Source of the DNA: a virus
IMG/VR virus record: IMGVR_UViG_3300045988_052724
Span: 125,818-189,817 of that record
Length of the DNA stretch: 64,000 nucleotides
Direction: 5' to 3' (one strand)
Under the pieces are notes generated by a model. That model searched no databases, had not been told where the DNA came from, and saw only the letters and a list, made by a program, of their open reading frames with translations. The position numbers and the translations under genes are program-made. Positions 47,951 through 55,967 of the stretch are shown here, in pieces; position 1 is the stretch's first letter, and the number at the start of each line of letters is the position of its first letter.

Positions 47951-48107
47951 AAGAATACTTACAGCAAAACTTAAAGCAAATTCAAACAAATCGTAATTTT
48001 GTCTTAAACGTAGGTTCGATTCCTACCCTTCCCACCATTGTGTGACTATTTAAATGGGAAGGTTGAAATGTTGGGGTAGTCCGAAAGGGCGAAAAGAAGT
48101 ATTCTGT
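47951..48107 (+). ncRNA. Box element (agaatac TTACAGCAA ... gtattct GT) enclosing a permuted tRNA-like core
   Basis: Interior order: T-arm gtagg-TTCGATT-cctac, ccttccc-ACCA, 18-nt loop, gggaagg. Ends 4 nt before tRNA-Ala. Confidence 0.55.
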
Positions 48108-48111
48108 CTAT

Positions 48112-48184
48112 GGGGAGGTAGCATAATTGGCTAATGCACTAGATTTGCAATCTGGAGGATTGGGTTCGAGTCCCACCTGCTCCA
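48112..48184 (+). tRNA. tRNA-Ala(TGC), second copy
   Basis: ggggagg/ctgctcc with G3:U70, ctaga-TTTGCAA-tctgg. Confidence 0.7.
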
Positions 48185-48271
48185 CGAATCTTAGAGATTC
48201 ATGTTTCAACAACTCTTTATTTAAATTAGACCCAGATAGAGAAACATAAATACACGTAAAGTAGTGTTTAT

Positions 48272-48343
48272 GTAGGGTTGCCCGAGCGGTTTAGGGGCTG
48301 GTCTGCAAAACCAGTTAGAACGGTTCGACTCCGTTACCCTACT
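48272..48343 (+). tRNA. tRNA-Cys(GCA)
   Basis: gtagggt/accctac, ctggt-CTGCAAA-accag. Confidence 0.8.
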
Positions 48344-48362
48344 CTATTTTGAGTTTAACGAA

Positions 48363-48484
48363 AAGAAACCTTACAGCAATACCTCTATGCCTTGTAAGCC
48401 GTAGGTTATGGGTTCGAGTCCCATAGGTGGATACGTCCACTTTAGCTCAATTGGATAGAGCAACGTATTAAAAATGGTTTCTGT
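48363..48484 (+). ncRNA. Box element (agaaacc TTACAGCAA ... ggtttct GT) enclosing a permuted tRNA-like domain with a tetraloop-capped acceptor
   Basis: atggg-TTCGAGT-cccat, then gtgga-TACG-tccac, then tt-agctcaattggatagagc (canonical D-arm). Confidence 0.65.
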
Positions 48485-48522
48485 ACCCACATCTATTGTT
48501 AATTCAATAATGTGGGTTTTCT

Positions 48523-48596
48523 CACCCCGTAGCTTAATTGGTTAAAGCCTTGCACTTTTAATGCAGAGAGTCCGAGTTCGAGTCTCGGCGGGGTGA
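48523..48596 (+). tRNA. tRNA-Lys(TTT)
   Basis: caccccg/cggggtg, loop cttttaa. Confidence 0.85.
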
Positions 48597-48633
48597 CAAG
48601 GTGTTTTTCATAACACCTCCTTTCAACTACTGT

Positions 48634-48851
48634 AAGAGGACATACAGCAAAGTCTGATACAACTAATTATTAAATTCAATGACTGTCTCCGAAGTAATCC
48701 CGTAAGGGTGCAGGCAAGACTAGAGTAGGACGCTTGAAGTAAATGTACTAAGCTATGAGAATTAGCCCTGACTATGCTAGGTAAGTATAGTGTCTACCCA
48801 TTCTGAATTGGGAGAGTGGGAGACATTAAATGTAAAACCCATGTCCTCTGT
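48634..48851 (+). ncRNA. Box element (agaggac ATACAGCAA ... gtcctct GT) with a 200-nt structured interior
   Basis: Nested long-range pairs gtctcc/ggagac. Local hairpins ccc-GTAA-ggg and ccca-ttctgaat-tggg. Confidence 0.5.
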
Positions 48852-48852
48852 T

Positions 48853-48903
48853 AAACCTATCCATCGAATTTCTGTTTCTGGAGTTTTGGATAGGTTTATT
48901 TTA
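48853..48903 (+). terminator. Intrinsic terminator
   Basis: aaacctatcc...ggataggttt (10 bp) followed by atttt. Confidence 0.6.
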
Positions 48904-48945
48904 ACTAACAAGATTGACATATTTATTCAGTAACACTATCTTATT

Positions 48946-49050
48946 ATGAAAGCAATTAGACTAATTAAGAAGGCTGTTAAGTGGTATTTGGACAGAACTG
49001 CTAATTCTTACATCTACCCTACTGGAACTCTCCCTATTATAAAGGAGTAA
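48946..49050 (+). CDS. Possible microprotein, 34 aa
   Basis: MKAIRLIKKAVKWYLDRTANSYIYPTGTLPIIKE. TTGACA-17 nt-TATCTT lies upstream. Confidence 0.25.
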   Translation: MKAIRLIKKAVKWYLDRTANSYIYPTGTLPIIKE

Positions 49051-49092
49051 GTTCCTATGCTGCTGAAGTGAATATGTAAATCAACAAACTAT

Positions 49093-49184
49093 GGAAGTGT
49101 AAGCCTAATTGCTAAGGCAGCGGTCTTGAAAACCGCCAGTAATCGTGTAACAGCGATGTGTGGGTTGGAGTCCCACCACTTCCT
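49093..49184 (+). tRNA. tRNA-Ser(TGA)
   Basis: ggaagtg/cacttcc, gcggt-CTTGAAA-accgc, long variable arm, unusual T-loop TTGGAGT. Confidence 0.75.
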
Positions 49185-49206
49185 CAACTATCAACAACAA
49201 AGTATT

Positions 49207-49515
49207 ATGACAGGAAGATTTAGAGCAATTAACAAGATTAGTAAACACAAGATGTCCTTATTATGGGATAGAGCATTTGCAGTACTTACAAAGGAGTATG
49301 CAGTGGTCAATGCTATTAATAAAGGATTTAGTGAAGAGAGCAAACAAGTAGTAACTAAGAGATTTGATTACCTCGAATCCTTAATCTCTACTGGTCACTT
49401 AGAGAAAATGCCTCGTAAAATGAAGAAGGCATTTATAAGAGAACTTTCAGCAAGGTATAACCTTTGTCTGATTATATTACAACATTGGGATGAATTTAAA
49501 GAAATAAAGGCATGA
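49207..49515 (+). CDS. Hypothetical protein (start moved to the ATG downstream of tRNA-Ser)
   Basis: The ORF-track 49126 start lies inside the tRNA. MTGRFRAINK... begins at 49207. Confidence 0.45.
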   Translation: MTGRFRAINKISKHKMSLLWDRAFAVLTKEYAVVNAINKGFSEESKQVVTKRFDYLESLISTGHLEKMPRKMKKAFIRELSARYNLCLIILQHWDEFKEIKA

Positions 49516-49581
49516 TTGACGTATTATTAGCAGACATTGTATTTGATTGGACTTTCCTAAAACCCTTAATTGAAAGAGACG

Positions 49582-49842
49582 ATGGAAAGAAAGAATCAAA
49601 CGAAGTGGATGAGTCCACGCAACAGGTATTGGCGCAAGCAGAAGTTAGTCCAGAAATATATTACTAGGTTAAAGAAGTTTCCTGCTAGTAATTATGGATT
49701 GTGGTGTGATAACTATAATCAACATTGGACTTTGCCTTATAAATCAACAAGTACTCCATGTAGTTGTTGGTTATGTAAAGGAGAACGATATAATAGACGA
49801 AAGTTTAAAAAGGAAACTAGACTTGAAATAGCAATGTTTTAA
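49582..49842 (+). CDS. Hypothetical basic protein
   Basis: ORF track frame, first ATG. Confidence 0.4.
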   Translation: MERKNQTKWMSPRNRYWRKQKLVQKYITRLKKFPASNYGLWCDNYNQHWTLPYKSTSTPCSCWLCKGERYNRRKFKKETRLEIAMF

Positions 49843-49856
49843 GTTATTTAATTTAT

Positions 49857-50000
49857 AAGAAGTCTTACAGCAACAACATTAGCAATTCGATTATGGTTCG
49901 ACTAGCCTGGGTTCAACTCCCAGCAACCTCCCAAATTATTAGTACTATATGGAGGTTGTAGTGTAACGGTTAGCACAGTATATGCAAACAAATGACTTCT
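49857..50000 (+). ncRNA. Box element (agaagtc TTACAGCAA ... gacttct) enclosing a permuted tRNA-like domain
   Basis: ctggg-TTCAACT-cccag, caacctcc, 18-nt loop, ggaggttg, ta-gtgtaacggttagcac (D-arm). Ends 6 nt before tRNA-Arg. Confidence 0.6.
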
Positions 50001-50006
50001 GATGAT

Positions 50007-50078
50007 GCCTCGATAGTTCAACGGATAGAACAGTAGCCTTCTAAGCTACATATCTAGGTTCGATTCCTAGTCGGGGTA
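50007..50078 (+). tRNA. tRNA-Arg(TCT)
   Basis: gcctcga/tcggggt, gtagc-CTTCTAA-gctac. Confidence 0.8.
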
Positions 50079-50208
50079 CTAACTTGGCAAGGTTGACTTA
50101 TAGACCGAGGTTGTGGTAGGGGTAGTGCCTTATGTGGATGAGGTCGTACCTTATTGGTGATGCATCACTAATCATAAATGGAAGTGGGTACGAGTGTAGG
50201 TCTAACAT

Positions 50209-50281
50209 GGTGTTTATAGTTCAACGGTTAGAATAACTGATTGTGGTTCAGTAGATGTGGTTTCGACTACCACTAAACACC
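50209..50281 (+). tRNA. tRNA-His(GTG) with encoded G-1
   Basis: 8-bp acceptor ggtgttta/taaacacc, actga-TTGTGGT-tcagt. Confidence 0.85.
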
Positions 50282-50376
50282 CTTATGGCAGTAGGTTTTA
50301 AAATAAAATCTTCCTGTTTGTTTACTATTGCCTTAACGTGGTTTAGAAGGATTGCACGAAAATAAATCCTTCCTCT

Positions 50377-50448
50377 GGGGCGGTAGCTCAATGGTAGAGC
50401 GCAGGTCTGAAGAGCCTGGCGTTGGAGGTTCGATTCCTCCTCGCCCCA
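50377..50448 (+). tRNA. tRNA-Phe(GAA)
   Basis: ggggcgg/tcgcccc, caggt-CTGAAGA-gcctg. Confidence 0.85.
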
Positions 50449-50463
50449 CGTCGATTAGTAGAC

Positions 50464-50582
50464 GAGAACTAACAGCATTAGCATTGTTTCCCAAGCAGTT
50501 GGTCTGAGGTTCGAATCCTCACGTTAGCTTAGGCTAATGTAGCTCAGTGGTAGAGCAACAGCCTCATAAACAAATAGTTCTC
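50464..50582 (+). ncRNA. Box element (gagaac TAACAGCA ... gttctc) enclosing a permuted tRNA-like domain
   Basis: tgagg-TTCGAAT-cctca, cgttagc-TTAG-gctaatg, ta-gctcagtggtagagc, then acagc-CTCATAA. Confidence 0.6.
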
Positions 50583-50621
50583 AGCTGTTTTACAGAGTTA
50601 CAGGTTAAAGAAACTCTGTAT

Positions 50622-50709
50622 GGAGAGTTGGGTGAGCGGTCGAAACCAGAGTCCTGCTAAGACTCCGAACCTCAAAAGGGTTCCGCTAGTTCGAATCTAG
50701 CACTCTCCG
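50622..50709 (+). tRNA. tRNA-Ser(GCT)
   Basis: ggagagt/actctcc, gagtc-CTGCTAA-gactc, long variable arm. Confidence 0.85.
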
Positions 50710-50747
50710 CAAGTATATTTGGAATTTTTGTATAATAATGATTAATT

Positions 50748-51086
50748 ATGATTACTATGACAAAGATTCAGCCTATAAATCCTAATGAAATAATCAGCGA
50801 GAAGGTAAAGATAATACCTGACCAAGTTATTAGGGTTTTCAACGAACTGATTGCAAGAAACTGGAACAAAGACAAATCAATAGTGTTTACTAATGAAGCT
50901 GTTGAGTTTATAAAGTTTCTGACTGGTGCTAGTAAGGATACTATCATACAAAACCATTGGTTAGATGTAGAACCTCTCTACAGAGAAAATGGATATGAAG
51001 TAACTTACCATGAGTCCCAGGGTAATGAATCCTTCCCCTCATATTATGAGTTTAGGAAGAAGTCTCTAAATGCTGGGTTCGAATAA
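50748..51086 (+). CDS. Hypothetical protein, 112 aa; 3' end overlaps tRNA-Glu by 15 nt
   Basis: ORF track. Confidence 0.4.
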   Translation: MITMTKIQPINPNEIISEKVKIIPDQVIRVFNELIARNWNKDKSIVFTNEAVEFIKFLTGASKDTIIQNHWLDVEPLYRENGYEVTYHESQGNESFPSYYEFRKKSLNAGFE

Positions 51087-51143
51087 CGGCTAGTTCCTCA
51101 CACTTTCGATGTGAAGATAGGGGTTCGATTCCCCTACCCAGTA
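51072..51143 (+). tRNA. tRNA-Glu(TTC)
   Basis: gctgggt/acccagt, tcaca-CTTTCGA-tgtga. Confidence 0.8.
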
Positions 51144-51326
51144 CCTTGTAGTCCTCCTTAATCCTTAATAGGATAGTTAGGCTACACTGTGAACGAACAG
51201 AGGAGAGGAGTTCACACGTTGGCTAGCAACGTAGTACACAATGGTGGGATAGGAACGGCTAGCACCCACCTTAACTGTTCTTATAATACTAGTTAAACGC
51301 CTAGCGGGGGTTAGAACAGTTAAAAT
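51144..51326 (+). ncRNA. Structured spacer
   Basis: atcct-taat-aggat, ggtggg...cccacc, and the 11-bp ttaactgttct/agaacagttaa. Confidence 0.3.
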
Positions 51327-51398
51327 ACTCCTATCTACTAATGGTTAGGTAATCGGTCTCTCAAGCCGAAAATACGGGTTCGAATCCCGTTGGGAGTA
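51327..51398 (+). tRNA. tRNA-Glu(CTC)
   Basis: actccta/tgggagt, tcggt-CTCTCAA-gccga. Confidence 0.7.
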
Positions 51399-51469
51399 CG
51401 ATAATGGGGTACCATTATGAAAATCATCTTATAACAGAGTTATCAGTTCGTGAGAATAGATAACTAATC

Positions 51470-51539
51470 GAGGGCGTAGTGTAATGGTCAGCACGCCTCC
51501 CTGTCACGGAGGTAGAGGGGTTCGAGTCCCACGTTCTCG
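51470..51539 (+). tRNA. tRNA-Asp(GTC), second copy, weak T-stem
   Basis: gagggcg/cgttctc, cctcc-CTGTCAC-ggagg. Confidence 0.55.
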
Positions 51540-51568
51540 GCTGAACGTAGTAAGAATTACTTTATTGA

Positions 51569-51715
51569 AAGAAGACTTACAGCAAATCAAAACTACTAAG
51601 AATCAATTGGTAAGTGAAAGGTGCAGGGTTCGATTCCTTGCCTATACCGCTAAAGTCCTGATGGGTATAGTAGTTTAAATGGTTAGAACGTATTAGAAAC
51701 AGGCAATAGTCTTCT
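51569..51715 (+). ncRNA. Box element (agaagac TTACAGCAA ... gtcttct) enclosing a permuted tRNA-like domain
   Basis: caggg-TTCGATT-ccttg, ctatacc, 14-nt loop, ggtatag, ta-gtttaaatggttagaac. Confidence 0.6.
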
Positions 51716-51745
51716 GAGCGTACATCTAAGTATGTACGCTAATTC

Positions 51746-51805
51746 GCCTCCTTAGCTTTAATGGTAGAGCAACTCACTTGTAATGAGAAGGTTGTCAGTT
51801 AAGTA
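51746..51805 (+). pseudogene. 3'-truncated tRNA-Thr(TGT)
   Basis: gcctcct acceptor strand, D-arm and ctca-CTTGTAA-tgag are present. There is no matching T-stem or 3' acceptor strand. Confidence 0.5.
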
Positions 51806-51849
51806 TTACAAAGATTAGCATTTGCAAATGTTTTTATGTAAAATGATTT

Positions 51850-52227
51850 ATGAGTAGCTTTAAAGACGGATTGAGAAGAAGTGGTCAGAGTGTATTGGAT
51901 GCAAGGGCGCAGAACTTGTATGAAATGACTAAAATTGAAGAGGAACGTTTCATTCAGGAATGTAAAATGAAGGTTCTTCGTATCAAGAATGAGTTGAACA
52001 AACACAGAGACCTATCTGTAAAGTCCACTACTTCGTTAGAGGTTGGTAACGGCTTTGACCCGAAGGCTTGGGTAGCTAAAAGACATCAATTGGAACGTGA
52101 CCTGAGGGTTGCTAACATTGAATATGCTTTGGCTCTTAAAGTAGACGGAGAAGAGTTTCCAGCTGACGAAACTGAGGAACAACTTAACGTAGCAGCAGTG
52201 CTAGAAAACGATGCTAAATTGAATTAA
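51850..52227 (+). CDS. Hypothetical coiled-coil protein, 125 aa
   Basis: ORF track. Confidence 0.45.
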   Translation: MSSFKDGLRRSGQSVLDARAQNLYEMTKIEEERFIQECKMKVLRIKNELNKHRDLSVKSTTSLEVGNGFDPKAWVAKRHQLERDLRVANIEYALALKVDGEEFPADETEEQLNVAAVLENDAKLN

Positions 52228-52230
52228 TCT

Positions 52231-53178
52231 ATGGGAAGTGGAAGTTATTCTTTTGCAGCTTATGCAAGCTTAGCTAGTGATAGAGGATATGCAACTAAGT
52301 CAGCCGATGCTGTCTTCACTAATCATTCTCTATCAGCTAAATCAGACATTAAATTGTCTAATATAAATGCAAGAACTTATAACACTCAGATTAAACCAGA
52401 AATGGTTGATACTGGTGTTAGAGAAAGTAGAGATAGCAACGAACACCCAGAGACAACTCCAATTATCATTGCTCTTGATGTTACTGGTTCAATGCGTAGA
52501 ACACCTCATGAAATGATTAAGGATAACTTCCCTAAACTCATGGATGCTCTAATGCAACTGGGAGTCAAAGACCCGCAGCTGCTATTTATGGCTGTAGGAG
52601 ACCATGAATATGACCGCTATCCAATTCAAGTTGGGCAGTTTGAGTCTGATACTGAGAAGATTGTAAATTCACTAGAAGAGTTTGTACTCGAAGGTGGAGG
52701 TGGTGGTAATGCTGGCGAAAGCTACTTACTAGCACATATAATTGCTGGGTATCACACTGAAACAGATTCATGGTTTAAGAGACACAAGAAAGGTTACTTA
52801 TTCACCATTGGTGATGAACCTAACTTGCGTAACATCAGTGGACATGCTTTAGAAGATTTCTTAGGCTATCAACATCCTGCTAATCCTATTAGTGCGGATG
52901 AAGCTGTTAAGAAGGCTCAAGAGCAATATAATGTCTATCATATTCACGTTACTAATGGTAGCTATGGTACAAGAATCGCTCCAGGTTGGAAGGATTTACT
53001 TGGACAGAATGTATTAACTTGCGATTCGCATAACATTCACAATGTTATTGCAGAAGCTATCAAGCAACACGAAGACCTTACTGGAATACCTTATGAGGCA
53101 CAAGCAGTGGTTGATATCCCTGCTTACACTCCTAATAGTACCAGTGCAGGTGAAGAAAACGGAACTTATACCTATTAA
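52231..53178 (+). CDS. vWA-domain protein, 315 aa
   Basis: MIDAS-like IIIALDVTGSMRRT with downstream ...GGGGGNAGESY... and TIGDEP. Confidence 0.6.
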   Translation: MGSGSYSFAAYASLASDRGYATKSADAVFTNHSLSAKSDIKLSNINARTYNTQIKPEMVDTGVRESRDSNEHPETTPIIIALDVTGSMRRTPHEMIKDNFPKLMDALMQLGVKDPQLLFMAVGDHEYDRYPIQVGQFESDTEKIVNSLEEFVLEGGGGGNAGESYLLAHIIAGYHTETDSWFKRHKKGYLFTIGDEPNLRNISGHALEDFLGYQHPANPISADEAVKKAQEQYNVYHIHVTNGSYGTRIAPGWKDLLGQNVLTCDSHNIHNVIAEAIKQHEDLTGIPYEAQAVVDIPAYTPNSTSAGEENGTYTY

Positions 53179-53184
53179 TAGTAG

Positions 53185-54291
53185 ATGAATGAAATTGTAT
53201 TAGGTTCGTTCTTTGGTGACGAGGGTAAAGGACAAACTATCCATAATTTATGTAAGGCACATCCTAAAGAAGAGACAATAGTTATACGATTCAGTGGTGG
53301 ACACCAAGTAGGACATACTGTAAGGCATGGAAAGCTTGAACACACATTTAGTAATTATGGTAGTGGTACTTTACTAGGGATACCAACGTACTGGTCTAGT
53401 TACTGTACAGTAGACCCTATTACTACTATGAAGGAGTTGGTTGATTTAAATAAAATGGGAGCAAACCCTGAGATTATTTATCACCCACTCTGCGAGGTTG
53501 TTACTCCCTTTGACGTTATTAGTCAATGGAATAATGAGGACAACCTTAGACATGGTACTGTAGGGACTGGTTTCAAATCTGCTCTTGATAGAGTAGCTGC
53601 TGGTTATCATATTACAGTTCGAGATTGTGCTAATATCATGGTTTTAAGAACCAAGATAGCATCACTTATCAAGAACTATTATGATTTTAGTTCCAACCTT
53701 CCAATGTACAATATTGATGAATGGTGTGTTAAAGTGTATGAGTATTTCAAGTCCGTAATTGTACATGACGAGAGTATTTTAACTCGTTATGAGTACAAGG
53801 TATTTGAAGGCTCACAAGGTATATTATTAGACCAGAGGTTTGGTATAATGCCTTATTGCACTCCAAGCAACACCACTTGTCAAAATGCTGTGGAGATTAT
53901 TAATAGGATTAGAAAAGAATCTAAGAACCACTTAGATAGAATGACGGAAGAGATAACAGACCATGTGTATGTTATCAGACCATATATCACTAGACATGGT
54001 AATGGTCCAATTCCTTCTACTAAACCTGTTAGAGAAGTAAATGACCCTAATAATAAGTTCAACGAGTTTCAAAAGACTCTTAGAGCTGTAGAGTTTGATG
54101 TGAATTTATTCCAGCACTCTTTATTAGTTGATTCTACTTTCATTCCACACCATTACACTCACAGAAGAGTATTAGTTATTACTCATAGAGATGAAATCAC
54201 ATCTCAGTTTAATGATGAACTTCTATCTGGTGATTGGGAGGAACAATTCAACAGCATACGAACATCTTATTATGACAAACTCACTGTTTGA
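53185..54291 (+). CDS. Adenylosuccinate synthetase family protein, short form, 368 aa (PurA/PurZ-like)
   Basis: GSFFGDEGKGQ (P-loop GDEGKG), RFSGGHQVGHTV, FEGSQGILLD, YCTPSNTT, ITRHGNGPIP align to PurA motifs. The Asp/IMP-binding TTGRRRR region is diverged. Confidence 0.65.
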   Translation: MNEIVLGSFFGDEGKGQTIHNLCKAHPKEETIVIRFSGGHQVGHTVRHGKLEHTFSNYGSGTLLGIPTYWSSYCTVDPITTMKELVDLNKMGANPEIIYHPLCEVVTPFDVISQWNNEDNLRHGTVGTGFKSALDRVAAGYHITVRDCANIMVLRTKIASLIKNYYDFSSNLPMYNIDEWCVKVYEYFKSVIVHDESILTRYEYKVFEGSQGILLDQRFGIMPYCTPSNTTCQNAVEIINRIRKESKNHLDRMTEEITDHVYVIRPYITRHGNGPIPSTKPVREVNDPNNKFNEFQKTLRAVEFDVNLFQHSLLVDSTFIPHHYTHRRVLVITHRDEITSQFNDELLSGDWEEQFNSIRTSYYDKLTV

Positions 54292-54304
54292 CATAGTATA
54301 TTAT

Positions 54305-54402
54305 AAAACGACATACAGCAAGTAATCATACTGACTTTCAAATAGTAAAACCCTCTGCTGCCCATTGTGGAGGTTAAAGAGTTGAATGGGAATGTCGTTT
54401 GT
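54305..54402 (+). ncRNA. Box element (aaacgac ATACAGCAA ... gtcgttt GT)
   Basis: Interior stem cccatt/aatggg. Ends 5 nt before tRNA-Gln. Confidence 0.55.
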
Positions 54403-54407
54403 TTTAT

Positions 54408-54479
54408 TGGGCTATAGTGTAACGGCTAGCACACAACACTTTGACTGTTGTAGTCCAGGTTCGAATCCTGGTAGCCCAA
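54408..54479 (+). tRNA. tRNA-Gln(TTG)
   Basis: tgggcta/tagccca, caaca-CTTTGAC-tgttg. Confidence 0.85.
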
Positions 54480-54494
54480 CTAAGAGATAATCTT

Positions 54495-54797
54495 ATGAAG
54501 GCAATGAAGGATAAGAAGAAATTCGGAGGATGTTCCTTAACATCTAAGAATCATAGCTGTAAGAAATTCGGCTGGAGTTATGATAAGGAAACAAGAAGAA
54601 TCTGGAGGATTGAAGCTAAACGTATGGCTCATAAAGTACTTATGCATCTACCTATCAGTAGGGAAGAGATTCAGAAAGCGTGGAGTAATCCATATATGAA
54701 CCTTTCTGAACTTGGTGTTCCTTATGTGTGGGATGGCGTAGGCTATTATGAAAGATGGGTTGAGCAAGTGTACAAAAAATTAAATAACGTAACATGA
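54495..54797 (+). CDS. Hypothetical basic protein (start moved downstream of tRNA-Gln)
   Basis: MKAMKDKKKFGG.... The ORF-track start at 54441 lies inside the tRNA. Confidence 0.45.
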   Translation: MKAMKDKKKFGGCSLTSKNHSCKKFGWSYDKETRRIWRIEAKRMAHKVLMHLPISREEIQKAWSNPYMNLSELGVPYVWDGVGYYERWVEQVYKKLNNVT

Positions 54798-54955
54798 TTT
54801 ATGCAAGAGTAATTCTAGTAGTGCTTATCATACTAATATTAGTATACTATGCTATGGTGGTTGCACACCTCTCTGGTATTATATACCTTACGAGCAGGAA
54901 AGTAACCTTCGCCAAACTGTGTATTCCGTTTTATTATTGGATACATCAGGATTAA
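54794..54955 (+). CDS. Small membrane protein, 53 aa
   Basis: MIYARVILVVLIILILVYYAMVV.... ATGA overlap. Confidence 0.35.
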   Translation: MIYARVILVVLIILILVYYAMVVAHLSGIIYLTSRKVTFAKLCIPFYYWIHQD

Positions 54956-54986
54956 TGATAATGTTTTAATGTAAATAAGTAGAAAA

Positions 54987-55883
54987 ATGAATCAACCTAA
55001 AGTAAGTAAAAGTTCAATCTTTGCTATTTTGGCAGGAGTAATCGTAGTACTGTTAGTCTGCATGGCAGGTTCACTCTTTGAAGATGCTGATAAGTCTAAG
55101 AACTATGTTTGTCAGATGCCTATGTCTGGTAAATACGTTGTATGGACAGATGGTGGTCTTCAATGGCAAGGCCTTGGTAACAAGCACGAGTACTTCAAAA
55201 CTTCTCAAATAGAGTTCGTAGATTTAACGGAAGTTAGTGAAGGTAATTATGTTGCATCTGGCGCAAATCCAGCAGCTTCACTTACCTTTAATGATAAGGG
55301 TAAGGGATTTATTATCGGTTCTTTCCGAGTTGTTATGCCTAATGATGAAGCTAATATGAAGAAGATTCAGCAGGACTTTGGTTCTGAAAAGGCATTAATA
55401 GCTAACTTAATTAAACCTACTCTATATAAGGTTGTAACATCTTGTGGTCCTCTGATGTCATCATTGGAATCTGTATCTGAGACAAGAACTGACCTTATTG
55501 CCTACATCACTGACCAGCTTAATAACGGAGTATACAAGACGGTTGTAATACGTGATTCCGTTACCAATGAAATTACTGGTGAGAAGGAATTGAGAGCTAA
55601 GGCACAGATTGTTGCTGATGCTAACTCTCCAAGTGGTTATAAACGTCAAGAAACATCACCGTTCAGTCAGTATGGTATTACCTGTGGATTGGTATCTATT
55701 TTGGATATTAAATATGATGGAGCTACTCAATCTCAGATTGATGCCCAAAAGCAAGCTAACTTAGCCGTAATAACTTCTAAGACTAAATCTTTGGAAGCAA
55801 TTCAAAGAACTGTTCAGATTACTGAAGAGGGCAGGTGTGTAGAGTTCTACAACATACTGAGGGTTTGGAGTCTGAGACGGTAA
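54987..55883 (+). CDS. SPFH/Band-7 (prohibitin-like) membrane protein, 298 aa
   Basis: N-terminal TM segment, then a typical SPFH core (FRVVMPNDEANMKKIQQDFGSEKALIANLIKPTLYKVV...). Confidence 0.5.
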   Translation: MNQPKVSKSSIFAILAGVIVVLLVCMAGSLFEDADKSKNYVCQMPMSGKYVVWTDGGLQWQGLGNKHEYFKTSQIEFVDLTEVSEGNYVASGANPAASLTFNDKGKGFIIGSFRVVMPNDEANMKKIQQDFGSEKALIANLIKPTLYKVVTSCGPLMSSLESVSETRTDLIAYITDQLNNGVYKTVVIRDSVTNEITGEKELRAKAQIVADANSPSGYKRQETSPFSQYGITCGLVSILDIKYDGATQSQIDAQKQANLAVITSKTKSLEAIQRTVQITEEGRCVEFYNILRVWSLRR

Positions 55884-55967
55884 GAACAAACTGGGTAAAG
55901 ACTAAGTAATTGCGTATTTACGGACCTATAGCTCAGCCAGGTCAGAGCAACTAATTATGAGTCAGAT

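Noticed and set aside
48634-48851. Similarity of the interior to RNase P RNA segments (cgtaagggtgcagg, gtaggacgcttgaag). GGAAGTCCG at about 61430 resembles CR-I.
   Set aside because: The matches are short and out of order. No P4 partner strand (ACAGAA.CCGGCTTA-like) is in the right place, and the element is too small for an RNase P RNA.
51280-51330. 5S rRNA-like string (agttaaacgcctagcggggg against GUGAAACGCCGUAGCGCC).
   Set aside because: The match is isolated, inside a 50-nt hairpin. No helix I closure and no other 5S elements are present.
51484-51678. 64-aa plus-strand ORF.
   Set aside because: It overlaps tRNA-Asp and a box element. ORFs 49126, 54441 and 59628 likewise start inside tRNAs, and their starts were moved downstream.
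47100-54402. The repeated box elements might be a CRISPR array or MITE-like transposons.
   Set aside because: There is no constant repeat with variable-spacer periodicity. The unit lengths range from 67 to 218 nt. The terminal inverted segments covary, which indicates RNA helices rather than conserved TIRs. No target-site duplications were seen.
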